A stretch of 25,100 nucleotides of DNA from a virus. Lineage: Duplodnaviria > Caudoviricetes. Of this stretch, positions 8,251 to 16,886 are shown piece by piece; the first letter of the stretch is position 1; every line of letters starts with the position of its first letter. The DNA lies in IMG/VR virus record IMGVR_UViG_3300029891_000071, positions 1 through 25,100 of that record; one strand, given 5' to 3'. The notes under the pieces were generated by a model that saw nothing but the letters and a program-made list of their open reading frames with translations, was not told the DNA's origin and ran no database searches. The translations under genes were made by a program, and so were the position numbers.

Positions 8251-10545
8251 TCATTTGTCTATTGGAGAAATCAGATGTATCAGTTTGTCAATCATTTCCG
8301 GTGTAATTCTTCGTCCTTTATATTCGATGTATTCATCTGTGACGATGAATATCTCTTCGTTGGTTTTGACAGATTGGTCAGGATGAGTGGTTCTAAGGCT
8401 GACGTTTTTGGTAGTTCTGATAATAGTTGGTGTTCTATTTGTTTTTTTGCTGGCCATTCTGTCTTTTATCCATTGTGGCAGTTGTTTTTTATTGATTGGT
8501 TCTTTTTCTATGTCGTTAATATAAATAAACTTTTGCCCTGATAATTTTTCTATTGCTTGGATTGCTCCATACATATCTACATTTATCTCTTTACCTAAAT
8601 AAGCATTTTTTGAATGATACGACCAAGGCGATTCATACTCTTTTTTTGGTTGGAATAGAGTAAAATTGTGGGGCGATAAAGTTGTTATATTCCCTGCTTC
8701 GTCCCTGACTTTAAGTTCAGTACTTGCTGATACATCTTCGGCATAAAGCTGGATTGCGTTTGCTGGGCTGGTGCTTGGGATTGTGCCATTTTCAAGTAGT
8801 AAGGTTCTTGTAGCCGATATGCCTGCGGCTGTGTTGCCTACTGATACGTTACCTGATACTGCGAGTTTGTTTGCGGGGACGGTGTTGTCGATGCCGACAT
8901 TGCCACCCATAATACCCATACCACCCTGATAAATATTGTTTGTCGCAAGAGCGTTAAATTCTGTTTTTCCGGAAGTCATAACTCTGTTTCCTGCGCCAGA
9001 ATTAGCAACAGCAACAAATAAACCATTGCCATAAGTGACAGAAACCCAGCCATTATCAGCAGCGCTTGTTCTGATTGTCCAGTTAATACCATCAGGAGAA
9101 GTCATAACTCTGTTTCCTGTGCCAATATAAGCAACAGCTACGAATAGACCATTGCCATAAGTGACAGAAACCCAGCCATTATTAGCAGCGCTTGTTCTGA
9201 TTGTCCAGTTAATACCATTAGGAGAAGTCATTACTCTATTTCCTGTGCCAGAATTAGCAACAGCAACAAATAAACCATTGCCATAAGTGACAGAAAGCCA
9301 GTCATTATTAACAACGCTTGTTCTGATTGTCCAGTTAATACCATCAGGAGAAGTCATAACTCTGTTTCCTGTGCCAGAATAAGCAACAGCAACAAATAAA
9401 CCATTGCCATAAGTGACAGAACGCCAGTCATTATCAGCAGCGCTTGTTCTGATTGTCCAGTTAATACCATTAGGAGAAGTCATTACTCTGTTTCCTGTGC
9501 CAGAATAAGCAACAGCAACAAATAAACCATTGCCATAAGTGACAGAACGCCAGTCATTATCAATAGCGCTTGTTCTGATTGTCCAGTTAATACCATCAGG
9601 AGAAGTCATAACTCTGTTTCCTGCGCCAGAATTAGCAACAGCAACAAATAAACCATTGCCATAAGTGACAGAAACCCAGCCATTATCAGCAGCGCTTGTT
9701 CTGATTGTCCAGTCTGTTCCTTTTGATATGATATTTCCAACGACTTCTAATTTCTCCCCCGGCGCGGTCGTCCCAATGCCGACGTTGCCGTTAAGTAAAG
9801 TATATCCTGTTCCGCTCGGAGTAAGAGTAACATTTTGATTTGTTCCGCCCGCTGTATAAGTTAAGGCTCCTGTGCCTGTAATTGAGCCTGTGCTTGTTCC
9901 TGTTCCGCCGTTAGCTAAAGGCAGAACGCCAGTTACGCCTGTTGTCAAAGGTAAGCCTGTTAGGTTAGTCGCTATACCTGAGGCTGGCGTGCCCAAAGCT
10001 GGGGTTATTAAAGTAGGCGAGTTATTGAACACTACTAATCCGCTTCCCGTTTCATCGGTTATTATCCCAGCGAGCTTGGAAGATGAATCTATTTCTGTGC
10101 TGATTATGAAATTGTCAGCGTCTGATACTTTTGTCTCAAATTCGGCTTCTGTAAAAGAATCAATATTATCGAGGATGTGATTGTGGCTGTCGTCTGCGAC
10201 GGTTGTAACGCCGATTGATGTGATTGTAACATCTCCGGTTATAGTTACTTGAGCGGCTATGTCAGAGGGGTTTCCTACTATTATACTGCCTGAGTCTAAT
10301 GAAATATCTGCGAAAGAATCCCAGGCATTGTTGTCTAAAGTATCTAATGCTTTTTGGATGTTGTCATCATCGGTTGTTAAAATTCCATCGAAGTTTGTAG
10401 TGTCTGTGCCGAAGTCGGCTGCCCATTCAGGGATGTATTCTGCCTGTGAAAAAACGAGGTCTGTTGAGCGAAAAAGTGTAAATAGTACCAGAAAAGCAAC
10501 GATGCCTATGCTGAAGAGAATGCTGAATCTTTTGTCTGATTTCAT
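8251..10545 (-). CDS. fibre/adhesin-like protein: N-terminal hydrophobic segment, six-repeat beta-propeller-like region, shared C-terminal domain
   Basis: Residues 8-25 hydrophobic; GNVGIG motifs; six 42-aa repeats with TSPDGINWT (Asp-box/BNR-like); C-terminus paralogous to 16887..18410. Confidence 0.75.
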   Translation of the reverse strand: MKSDKRFSILFSIGIVAFLVLFTLFRSTDLVFSQAEYIPEWAADFGTDTTNFDGILTTDDDNIQKALDTLDNNAWDSFADISLDSGSIIVGNPSDIAAQVTITGDVTITSIGVTTVADDSHNHILDNIDSFTEAEFETKVSDADNFIISTEIDSSSKLAGIITDETGSGLVVFNNSPTLITPALGTPASGIATNLTGLPLTTGVTGVLPLANGGTGTSTGSITGTGALTYTAGGTNQNVTLTPSGTGYTLLNGNVGIGTTAPGEKLEVVGNIISKGTDWTIRTSAADNGWVSVTYGNGLFVAVANSGAGNRVMTSPDGINWTIRTSAIDNDWRSVTYGNGLFVAVAYSGTGNRVMTSPNGINWTIRTSAADNDWRSVTYGNGLFVAVAYSGTGNRVMTSPDGINWTIRTSVVNNDWLSVTYGNGLFVAVANSGTGNRVMTSPNGINWTIRTSAANNGWVSVTYGNGLFVAVAYIGTGNRVMTSPDGINWTIRTSAADNGWVSVTYGNGLFVAVANSGAGNRVMTSGKTEFNALATNNIYQGGMGIMGGNVGIDNTVPANKLAVSGNVSVGNTAAGISATRTLLLENGTIPSTSPANAIQLYAEDVSASTELKVRDEAGNITTLSPHNFTLFQPKKEYESPWSYHSKNAYLGKEINVDMYGAIQAIEKLSGQKFIYINDIEKEPINKKQLPQWIKDRMASKKTNRTPTIIRTTKNVSLRTTHPDQSVKTNEEIFIVTDEYIEYKGRRITPEMIDKLIHLISPIDK
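8972..9712 (-). repeat. six tandem 126-bp coding repeats
   Basis: Units begin at 8972, 9098, 9224, 9350, 9476, 9602; first and last are identical over their shared length. Confidence 0.95.
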
Positions 10546-10561
10546 TTGATTATCTCCTTTT

Positions 10562-11545
10562 TTAGCTGACTCTGAGAGGAAAGATAATTTCTGGCTTCCC
10601 CCCCATTCTTAATTCTGGTTTTATGAGTTTGCGAAGCCCAGTCACCGAAGCTGGTTTAGTTATGTCTGGCTCAATGTTTCTGAATCTTGGGAACATCCAA
10701 GCCCAATGATTTTTGTCGTCTCTGCCTTTGAATTCTAAAATATGGATGGGGGCAACGGTGATAAAATCTCCTATTTTTGCTTGATTGGAAGTTCCGTAGG
10801 TTTCTCCATATCCGTATTCGCTTGGCTTCCTTCTCGCAAAGCCCGCTCCCATATCCCATTCTGACTCTTCCTGCATATCTGCTGGTGCTAAAATGTGTTG
10901 TGATTCCATTGGTTGGAGTTTACCTTCCTCATTTAGGAAAGCTCCTCGATAGAGGAAGGTGTTTATTGGCTTACCTTTAAGACGCTTTTGCCTGATGCCG
11001 ATGACTTTCAAGGTTATTTCTAAAATTATTTTGAGTTTGCACCATTCTTTGGTGTAACCTGATAAAGAATAGATCGAGTTGGTTCTTTTTAACATGGACC
11101 CTTCAGATCCAATCTGCTTAGAAGTTTTCTGGATAGCAGTTCTTAACTCGCTATCTGTTTTAGCAATAATCGGCACGACTCTTTTAATGTGTGGTGTATC
11201 TTGCCCTAAAACTTTTCTAAGATAAGTCTGCCTCTCTGACCAGGGCATGTTGGCTAAAGAACCGATGCCTTTGTAGTAAAGAATGTCGAAGACGTTAGCC
11301 CGGATGTCCTCACCTGTCAATGGCTTCTTGCCGGCAATTATAGCCATCATCTTGTGTCTTGGTAATGGTATTCCGTTTTGATCGTGCCATACCGTTTCTG
11401 TGTCAAAAATAAGCTCATTTGGGTAGAGCTTTTTCATATCCTCAACAATACCTGGGAGATTTGAGGCGATGTCTCGGCGTTTGTCTTCGGTAAAGATTTT
11501 GACTTGATTGCCTTTACGATGGATGACGATGCGGAAGTCAACCAT
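10562..11545 (-). CDS. ATP-dependent DNA ligase core (adenylation + OB domain) lacking motif I in this frame
   Basis: Motifs III (IFDTE), IIIa (VFDILY), IV (EGSMLK), V (WCKLK) and VI (WMFPRFR) are present. It begins with FRIVIH; the KxDG lies upstream in another frame. Confidence 0.8.
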   Translation of the reverse strand: MVDFRIVIHRKGNQVKIFTEDKRRDIASNLPGIVEDMKKLYPNELIFDTETVWHDQNGIPLPRHKMMAIIAGKKPLTGEDIRANVFDILYYKGIGSLANMPWSERQTYLRKVLGQDTPHIKRVVPIIAKTDSELRTAIQKTSKQIGSEGSMLKRTNSIYSLSGYTKEWCKLKIILEITLKVIGIRQKRLKGKPINTFLYRGAFLNEEGKLQPMESQHILAPADMQEESEWDMGAGFARRKPSEYGYGETYGTSNQAKIGDFITVAPIHILEFKGRDDKNHWAWMFPRFRNIEPDITKPASVTGLRKLIKPELRMGGKPEIIFPLRVS

Positions 11546-11588
11546 CGAATTTAGTTTCCACTGCGATAGTAGACTCTAAATTCGACAT
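11538..11588 (-). CDS. 16-aa mini-[19 protein letters not shown] carrying ligase motif I (catalytic Lys)
   Basis: Translated by hand. AGGAGGTG at 11604-11597 lies 8 nt before the ATG; TGA directly follows KFDG. The frame is also open back to ATG 11645. Confidence 0.7.
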   Translation of the reverse strand: MSNLESTIAVETKFDG

Positions 11589-11661
11589 TTGGGCATCACC
11601 TCCTAAGATTAATGCTGTCGCTGTGTAAATTAAGATAGTGTTCATTGAATTCAACCTTTTT

Positions 11662-11919
11662 TCATAAGAAGATAGCAATCGCTATTAGCGAAAGAACTAA
11701 AACCGCCAAAACTGTTAATGTGAATCCATCGAAAAACGAATTATTTTGGTGTGGGTTGATATTCTCTGGTGGTAATGTGTTTAACCGATTTTGTGTTTTT
11801 TTTGTGGCAGTTTTTTGTATATCCAATATATCTTTGAGTGTTTTAGTGATTTGAGAAATTACTATTTCATGTTGATTAAGTTTCACGTTGATTTGGTCGA
11901 TTTGCTCTTGTGTTGTCAT
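11662..11919 (-). CDS. small coiled-coil protein with C-terminal transmembrane helix
   Basis: Start revised to MTTQEQ (ATGA overlap with the upstream stop); FTLTVLAVLVLSLIAIAIFL tail. Confidence 0.65.
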   Translation of the reverse strand: MTTQEQIDQINVKLNQHEIVISQITKTLKDILDIQKTATKKTQNRLNTLPPENINPHQNNSFFDGFTLTVLAVLVLSLIAIAIFL

Positions 11920-12245
11920 TTTCGTGCCATTCCAACTAAGTTGATAATTAATGGGATGATAAATGACATAGTTCCTGCGATGCCAACTGTAGTCCATCTC
12001 CACTTTTCAAGATCTTCTACTCTTTTTTTAATGATTCTGGTGTAATCCCAAAGTTTAGAGGCTTCATTTTCAATGGCTTTTCTTGTTGCTTCACTATTTT
12101 CTGTTTTTGATTTTTCAATATCCAAAGCCAGTTTGTTTTGAACGGTTTGCAATGATTTTACGAGTTCACATAAACCATCAAGGCTTTTTTGCACGTTAGA
12201 TAACCGTTCTGAAATTACTTCAAATGATTTGAGTTCATCTATCAT
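11916..12245 (-). CDS. coiled-coil protein with C-terminal TM helix (XhlA/holin-like)
   Basis: RVEDLEKWRWTTVGIAGTMSFIIPLII pattern typical of small phage membrane proteins. Confidence 0.65.
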   Translation of the reverse strand: MIDELKSFEVISERLSNVQKSLDGLCELVKSLQTVQNKLALDIEKSKTENSEATRKAIENEASKLWDYTRIIKKRVEDLEKWRWTTVGIAGTMSFIIPLIINLVGMARK

Positions 12246-13200
12246 TTTTTAGCACCCAGTTTTCTATAAGTTTTTCAGGATCGTTGAATTCAAATTTACC
12301 ATAACCACTCCGAACTTTAAGCGGTCTAAAAGCTTTCATAAGCTCAATCTTACTGCTTTCCTCCGAAAGTTCAATATCAGGATGCCATCTAATCCCACAT
12401 TTGTCAAGAAAAAACTCTCTATCTGTCTTTGTTAGCGAGCTTTTGGTAAGCTCGGTAGTGTTCCATCTCCAGATGTCAAGGATTTCTAAAGTCTCGGATA
12501 GTTCGAGTATGGCAGGATCGGGTTTAAGTTTAGAGAAGTTGTCCTCTTCGAGTGTAAGATGCAGACTCCTGCCACACTCATCGAGTAATGCCTGTTTATT
12601 TCCCTCCCTGTGAAGGAAAATGTGGCTGTGATTTTGAAATTGTGACGGGGCTGGGCCAAAAAGAAGGAACTCATACTCAGGAGTTTGCTTGAATTGATTC
12701 TCTCTTTTGACTAAAACTAAGTCGAATAGCACAATATGCTCTCCCGTTGATCCTGCCGGATCGTAAAGGAAGTGCAGGTAGTTTTCGCTGGTCATTCTGT
12801 GCAGAGTTTTTTCAATCGCTGTACTTCTTGTCTTCTGCTTAATCAGGAGATCGATGTCGTTTGGTTTTTTGCCTTCTACTAAAGAGCCTACCAGTGAAAT
12901 AAAGCCTGGCACTAAAACTGTATTATGCAGATCGTCCAGGTTTAATTTTTTGGGAGAAAGTTTAATGGGAAGTTTAATTTTATCGAGGGATGGGTCTGCT
13001 ATGTTGTGATTTAATTTCCTGTGCTTCATTTCATCAACAATTAGCTGGTGAATGTTAAACAGGTCTTCCTTGTTCTTGCCTCCAATAATTGGTTTTCCTG
13101 TTTTTTCCATTATTGACCAGTAGGCATGAACAAGCCTGTGGTCGTTACTAAGTTGTTTTACTGTGAGATTTTTTAGATTGCTGAAATCGTTTGTTTTCAT
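12235..13200 (-). CDS. multidomain protein: His-rich helical domain, Pol-beta-type nucleotidyltransferase, degenerate ligase-like segment, ligase N-terminal segment
   Basis: ISLVGSLVEGKKPNDIDLLIK = hGS..DxD. N-terminal DHRLVH..H.LIVDEMKHRKLNH weakly recalls DenV-like helical domains. C-terminal FRPLK...ENW resembles the segment that precedes ligase motif I. Confidence 0.6.
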   Translation of the reverse strand: MKTNDFSNLKNLTVKQLSNDHRLVHAYWSIMEKTGKPIIGGKNKEDLFNIHQLIVDEMKHRKLNHNIADPSLDKIKLPIKLSPKKLNLDDLHNTVLVPGFISLVGSLVEGKKPNDIDLLIKQKTRSTAIEKTLHRMTSENYLHFLYDPAGSTGEHIVLFDLVLVKRENQFKQTPEYEFLLFGPAPSQFQNHSHIFLHREGNKQALLDECGRSLHLTLEEDNFSKLKPDPAILELSETLEILDIWRWNTTELTKSSLTKTDREFFLDKCGIRWHPDIELSEESSKIELMKAFRPLKVRSGYGKFEFNDPEKLIENWVLKNDR

Positions 13201-13201
13201 G

Positions 13202-13414
13202 TTATTTCTTGGGCAAATCGTTGTCCGGAATGTTGAATGTGTTTCTGATTAACTTACACAATGGTAAGACGGTGATGTTATCAATTTGTGTCTTTGATTC
13301 ATTTACTTTGTCTTCGATAACATCGAGTAAAGCGTCAACTGCTTTCTTTAGGGTGTCTTCGTCAATAAGGCGCAGAAGTATTTGCATTAGAACTAAAATA
13401 GTTTTATGGATCAT
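13202..13414 (-). CDS. small hypothetical phage protein, 70 aa
   Basis: AGGAGGTG RBS; coupled to the portal stop; amphipathic helices. Confidence 0.7.
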   Translation of the reverse strand: MIHKTILVLMQILLRLIDEDTLKKAVDALLDVIEDKVNESKTQIDNITVLPLCKLIRNTFNIPDNDLPKK

Positions 13415-14678
13415 GTTCGGTCACCTCCTTTTCTTTTTCTACCTGGATTGGAGCTTTTTTGAACTTCATTCCGAGTGTAGACTCTAACCATTCGACATCG
13501 ATTTCAATTTTGTCTTTACCCATCATCTGCATAACAATGCGAACGAGTTGGTCTTTTAAGTGTTTTGAGATAGTTTCAAATTCCCACTTTGGCATCGGAG
13601 CGTTTTTGCCAAAGTTCAGTTGAATAGCTTGCGGAATTATTTGTATATTGACAAAATTTTTAATATCCATCAGAATTGATTCTTCTGCGGCAATAAAAAC
13701 GTCTGCATGTTCTTTTGCTAAAGCATAAGATGCTCCGCTTTTTGGTGCAGAAAAGATTAAATCTGGAGCGAAAATCGCTCTGGCCTTCATTGTGTCTAAC
13801 TGGTCATGTCTTGCTAAGAAGTCGCCGCCTCGCCTCGTAGCTTCTAACATTTCCAAAGTCCATTTTGGGTCTTTTGTTTTTGGATCCGAATCGGAAGGAA
13901 TTACTGCTGCCGAAGAATTTTTTATTTGTTTAATGATGCCTGCCATTAGGCTGATATTATCTTCCGATGCTGTGGCTGACGTTGGCGTTCGACCTGTGGG
14001 AGCTTTGCCCAGAAGGATTGGCTGAGCGTAGCGTTCCAGGTAGATATTTTCAAAATCGTATGTGTATTGGTCGATAAACCAGTAAAAATATGCTGATCGC
14101 AGCCTGCTTCGTCCGTAGGGATTATTGAACCGCTGGTCGATATTGAAAAGTGCTGCTTTTTCTTTTGGCACTCTTACTATGCCTTTGCTGGTTGACTGTC
14201 CAAAACCATCGAAATCAAATTCTTTGGTGAGATGCAAATCGATTGTATCCGGATGGACATCAATAAATTTTTTAAATATCATGAAACCTTCATTATTGGT
14301 TTTATAGACTTTTTCAAAAGCCTGAAAGCCAAAATTAATGGCATTTAAGAGGGAAGTAATGAGGTCAAGCCAGATAGGTTCTAAAAGCTCTGTAGTGAAC
14401 TGTTGGATTTTTTTTGACTTTGGGCAAAGTATCTTCCATCGAGCATTTATGAGAGGGGCTTTGACTACGGTCAGTACTGCTTTTATCTGCCCGTCGTCTT
14501 CCATTTTCATGAAATCTCGATATGAGATTGTTTCCGGATTGTAAACCAGCCCTGCTGCCGTTCGCGGCATTAGGTTGCCGGCTGGTTCAGCAATTTGATT
14601 GAAATGCTCTTTTTTTGGCTTAGGCTTTACAGAATCGATTTTAAACTGTTTTTTTTCTTCAGTGGTCTTATCAGTCAT
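13404..14678 (-). CDS. portal protein (DUF935 / Mu gp29-like)
   Basis: MEDDGQIKAVL, AINFGFQAFEKVY, NPYGRSRLRSAY, YLERYAQPILLGK, GASYALAKEH, QLNFG; follows TerL. Confidence 0.9.
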   Translation of the reverse strand: MTDKTTEEKKQFKIDSVKPKPKKEHFNQIAEPAGNLMPRTAAGLVYNPETISYRDFMKMEDDGQIKAVLTVVKAPLINARWKILCPKSKKIQQFTTELLEPIWLDLITSLLNAINFGFQAFEKVYKTNNEGFMIFKKFIDVHPDTIDLHLTKEFDFDGFGQSTSKGIVRVPKEKAALFNIDQRFNNPYGRSRLRSAYFYWFIDQYTYDFENIYLERYAQPILLGKAPTGRTPTSATASEDNISLMAGIIKQIKNSSAAVIPSDSDPKTKDPKWTLEMLEATRRGGDFLARHDQLDTMKARAIFAPDLIFSAPKSGASYALAKEHADVFIAAEESILMDIKNFVNIQIIPQAIQLNFGKNAPMPKWEFETISKHLKDQLVRIVMQMMGKDKIEIDVEWLESTLGMKFKKAPIQVEKEKEVTEHDP

Positions 14679-14717
14679 TGGGCACCTTGAACGTGCTTAG
14701 GATTTAATTATGTAGCT

Positions 14718-16166
14718 TTACAATTGACGCAAAGCATCTAATCCTGTGTGCCGTTCTCTTAATCTTAATCTGCTCGCAATGCCGGCTGATTGCGAGGAAA
14801 TCAACTGTGGATCAAATTCTCTGTTATGCCCGGCAATTTGCCCTGTAGTAACAAAACCCTGTTCTTTGGCTGCCAGGAAGGCTAAGGCCAATGCAAATAG
14901 TGAGTCGGTTCTGAGCTTTGAGTCTTCCCATCGGTAAAATCTCAATTCCTCGAAAAGTGGTTTTATGTATGGCGAAACTATCAGGCCTTGTTCTAAGGCG
15001 CTGACCAGGTTGACTAAGATTTCAGATTTTCCGGTAGCTATAGGGCCTGTTTTGGTTGCAATCATTACTGGGTGTGGTTTGATGTCTGCAAGTTCTTCTT
15101 CAATATGCTGCGCCAGTCCGGTTGCGTCAAAATATGTCGCTATATCATGAAAATGATTGTACCGGTCGCGGATAGAGTCGTAGGTGACTTGCCATCCGCA
15201 TTTGGAAAGCCTTTGAAAAGCGACAAGTTTGAATGGTATACTTGTAACGTCCAGGGTTATTCCAACTGTAAAATCTTGCTTGATTCCGATGTCCCAGCCG
15301 GATAGATAAATATGATCTTCTTGGGCTCCTTCGAGCTGTAAAGAAGCTTCTAAAAAATTGCTTAATGCCTTGTCTGAAAAAACTGCTGATGAGAAATCAA
15401 TAAATTCGCCGTATAGATGCTGGCGAATTTGATCTTCAGTCATGTAATCTTCGTTAAAGAGCCGGTGCAAGGCAGCTTTCGATATATACGGGTTGTCTGA
15501 TGTTGCGCCCGCAATCGAGAAGCACTCTGGATTGTATGATTGGTGATTTTCGAGTCCCTTATTGAACTCGTCAAAATACCAGTTTTTTCCGTTTGGTGTT
15601 CCTGAAAAGTTTAGCTCGCCGTTTCTGTCAAGTAGCCTGGTTCTGATAAGTGGCAAAACTTCTTCCGGTCTTTTTTCAAAGGCCGGCTCATCGAAGTTTA
15701 CGAAATCAAATACATGTCCCCAGAGATTTTGAGGTCTTTCTGTTGATCTTGCCCACAGTTGTGCTCCATTTCCAAATTTTATCATTGGAAATGGCTTGCG
15801 AATTGGGTCTCCTTTCAGGCACCAGTTTAATTCTGCTCTTTTGCAGAACTCTTCGCAATGCGTGAAGATGATTCCTGCTTGATCTGATGTAATTGAAATA
15901 TTGCAAGCGATGTAATCCTCGATATTATCATATTCATCGTCTCTTATTTTGTAGATAGAATACCAAACGAGCTTTACAGCTTGAATGAGACTTTTGCCCC
16001 ACCTGTTTGCTGTAGCTAAGATTTTTTGTTTTTGTTTATAAGGCGCTGTTAGCCACTGTATTTGTTTAGGATGTGGTTTTGTTCTGCAAAAGAATTCTGA
16101 GAAAAAAACAGGATCGTACCGGCCTCTTTTCAGTGCTTCCTGAAATTGTTTTGGGATAGCTGCCAT
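14718..16166 (-). CDS. terL: terminase large subunit
   Basis: PHPKQ Q-motif, Walker A ANRWGKS, Walker B FVNFDE, SGTPNG coupling motif, nuclease GWDIG..D and YFDATG. Confidence 0.92.
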   Translation of the reverse strand: MAAIPKQFQEALKRGRYDPVFFSEFFCRTKPHPKQIQWLTAPYKQKQKILATANRWGKSLIQAVKLVWYSIYKIRDDEYDNIEDYIACNISITSDQAGIIFTHCEEFCKRAELNWCLKGDPIRKPFPMIKFGNGAQLWARSTERPQNLWGHVFDFVNFDEPAFEKRPEEVLPLIRTRLLDRNGELNFSGTPNGKNWYFDEFNKGLENHQSYNPECFSIAGATSDNPYISKAALHRLFNEDYMTEDQIRQHLYGEFIDFSSAVFSDKALSNFLEASLQLEGAQEDHIYLSGWDIGIKQDFTVGITLDVTSIPFKLVAFQRLSKCGWQVTYDSIRDRYNHFHDIATYFDATGLAQHIEEELADIKPHPVMIATKTGPIATGKSEILVNLVSALEQGLIVSPYIKPLFEELRFYRWEDSKLRTDSLFALALAFLAAKEQGFVTTGQIAGHNREFDPQLISSQSAGIASRLRLRERHTGLDALRQL

Positions 16167-16188
16167 TAGGTTGTGAGCTCCATTGTTA

Positions 16189-16812
16189 TCAACTATTCTG
16201 AAGCATTGCTTCTTTTTCCATTTCTTCTTGTTGCTCTCTGTTTTCTTTTTGTCTATCCCATTTCTCTATAATTCCACCTGGAGAGAATTGCCTTGTATAT
16301 TCTAATTCTCTACTCATCTCTTCTATTTCAAATTTTGATTTGATATTTGGTTCTGGCAGCTCTGCGTTTGTTCCTCTCATTTCTATTTGGTTGCCTTTGT
16401 CTAAGACAATTTTCCAGATTTGATCTATCCTATCATCTTCTCCGAGTCTGGCCAGGATTTTAGCAGCATCTAAACCATCTCCTACTGTGACTTTTCCGGC
16501 TTCTATCTTAGGAATAGCCGACTGCATAACTTTGGTACAAAAGTTTCTGATAGAAGTTCGTTGGGCCTGAACTTTTTCTGTATCAATTCCACTACGTTTT
16601 ATGTGTTCTTTTAGAGTTGCTACTGTATGGCATGTTTTTTGATGTTCGCAGAGAATGTCCCTGAGTAGCCAGCCTTCTACATATTTACGTTCAATCTCTT
16701 CGCGTTCATCGCTGGTGCAGATATCGCAAAGGTGCTTTGCCTTTGTGATAGGTGTGGTTGGTTTAAGCTTACGTTGTGAGGTTGATCCTGGAGCTTTCTT
16801 TGGGGCTGGCAT
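16189..16812 (-). CDS. putative terminase small subunit
   Basis: Directly upstream of TerL; CxxC followed by an HTH-like REEIERKYVEG..LRDI..LKEH segment. Confidence 0.55.
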   Translation of the reverse strand: MPAPKKAPGSTSQRKLKPTTPITKAKHLCDICTSDEREEIERKYVEGWLLRDILCEHQKTCHTVATLKEHIKRSGIDTEKVQAQRTSIRNFCTKVMQSAIPKIEAGKVTVGDGLDAAKILARLGEDDRIDQIWKIVLDKGNQIEMRGTNAELPEPNIKSKFEIEEMSRELEYTRQFSPGGIIEKWDRQKENREQQEEMEKEAMLQNS

Positions 16813-16818
16813 AATTTA

Positions 16819-16880
16819 AGAATAGCACATAAAATAAGATTTGTCAAGAGATTGACAAAGAAAAGTTTTAATGTTATACT
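16819..16880. promoter_or_regulatory. back-to-back divergent sigma70 promoters, both apparently leaderless
   Basis: - strand: TTGACA (16847-16842), 17 nt, TATTCT, 6 nt, ATG 16812. + strand: TTGACA (16852-16857), 17 nt, TATACT, 6 nt, ATG 16887. Confidence 0.8.
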
Positions 16881-16886
16881 TTGGCT

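Noticed and set aside
8972-9712. Diversity-generating retroelement acting on the propeller repeats
   Set aside because: No reverse transcriptase or non-coding template in the window. About 12 non-synonymous versus 5 synonymous variable sites by eye is near neutral expectation, and changes are not confined to adenines.
11538-11540. TGA readthrough or alternative genetic code
   Set aside because: The ligase continues in a different frame, and TGA, TAG and TAA all terminate clear genes elsewhere.
11645-12293. TTGAATTCAA palindromes at 11645 and 12284 as excision sites restoring the ligase
   Set aside because: Recombination between them gives ...FEFNEHYLNLHSDSINLRR*, out of frame with KFDG, and deletes the ENW segment.
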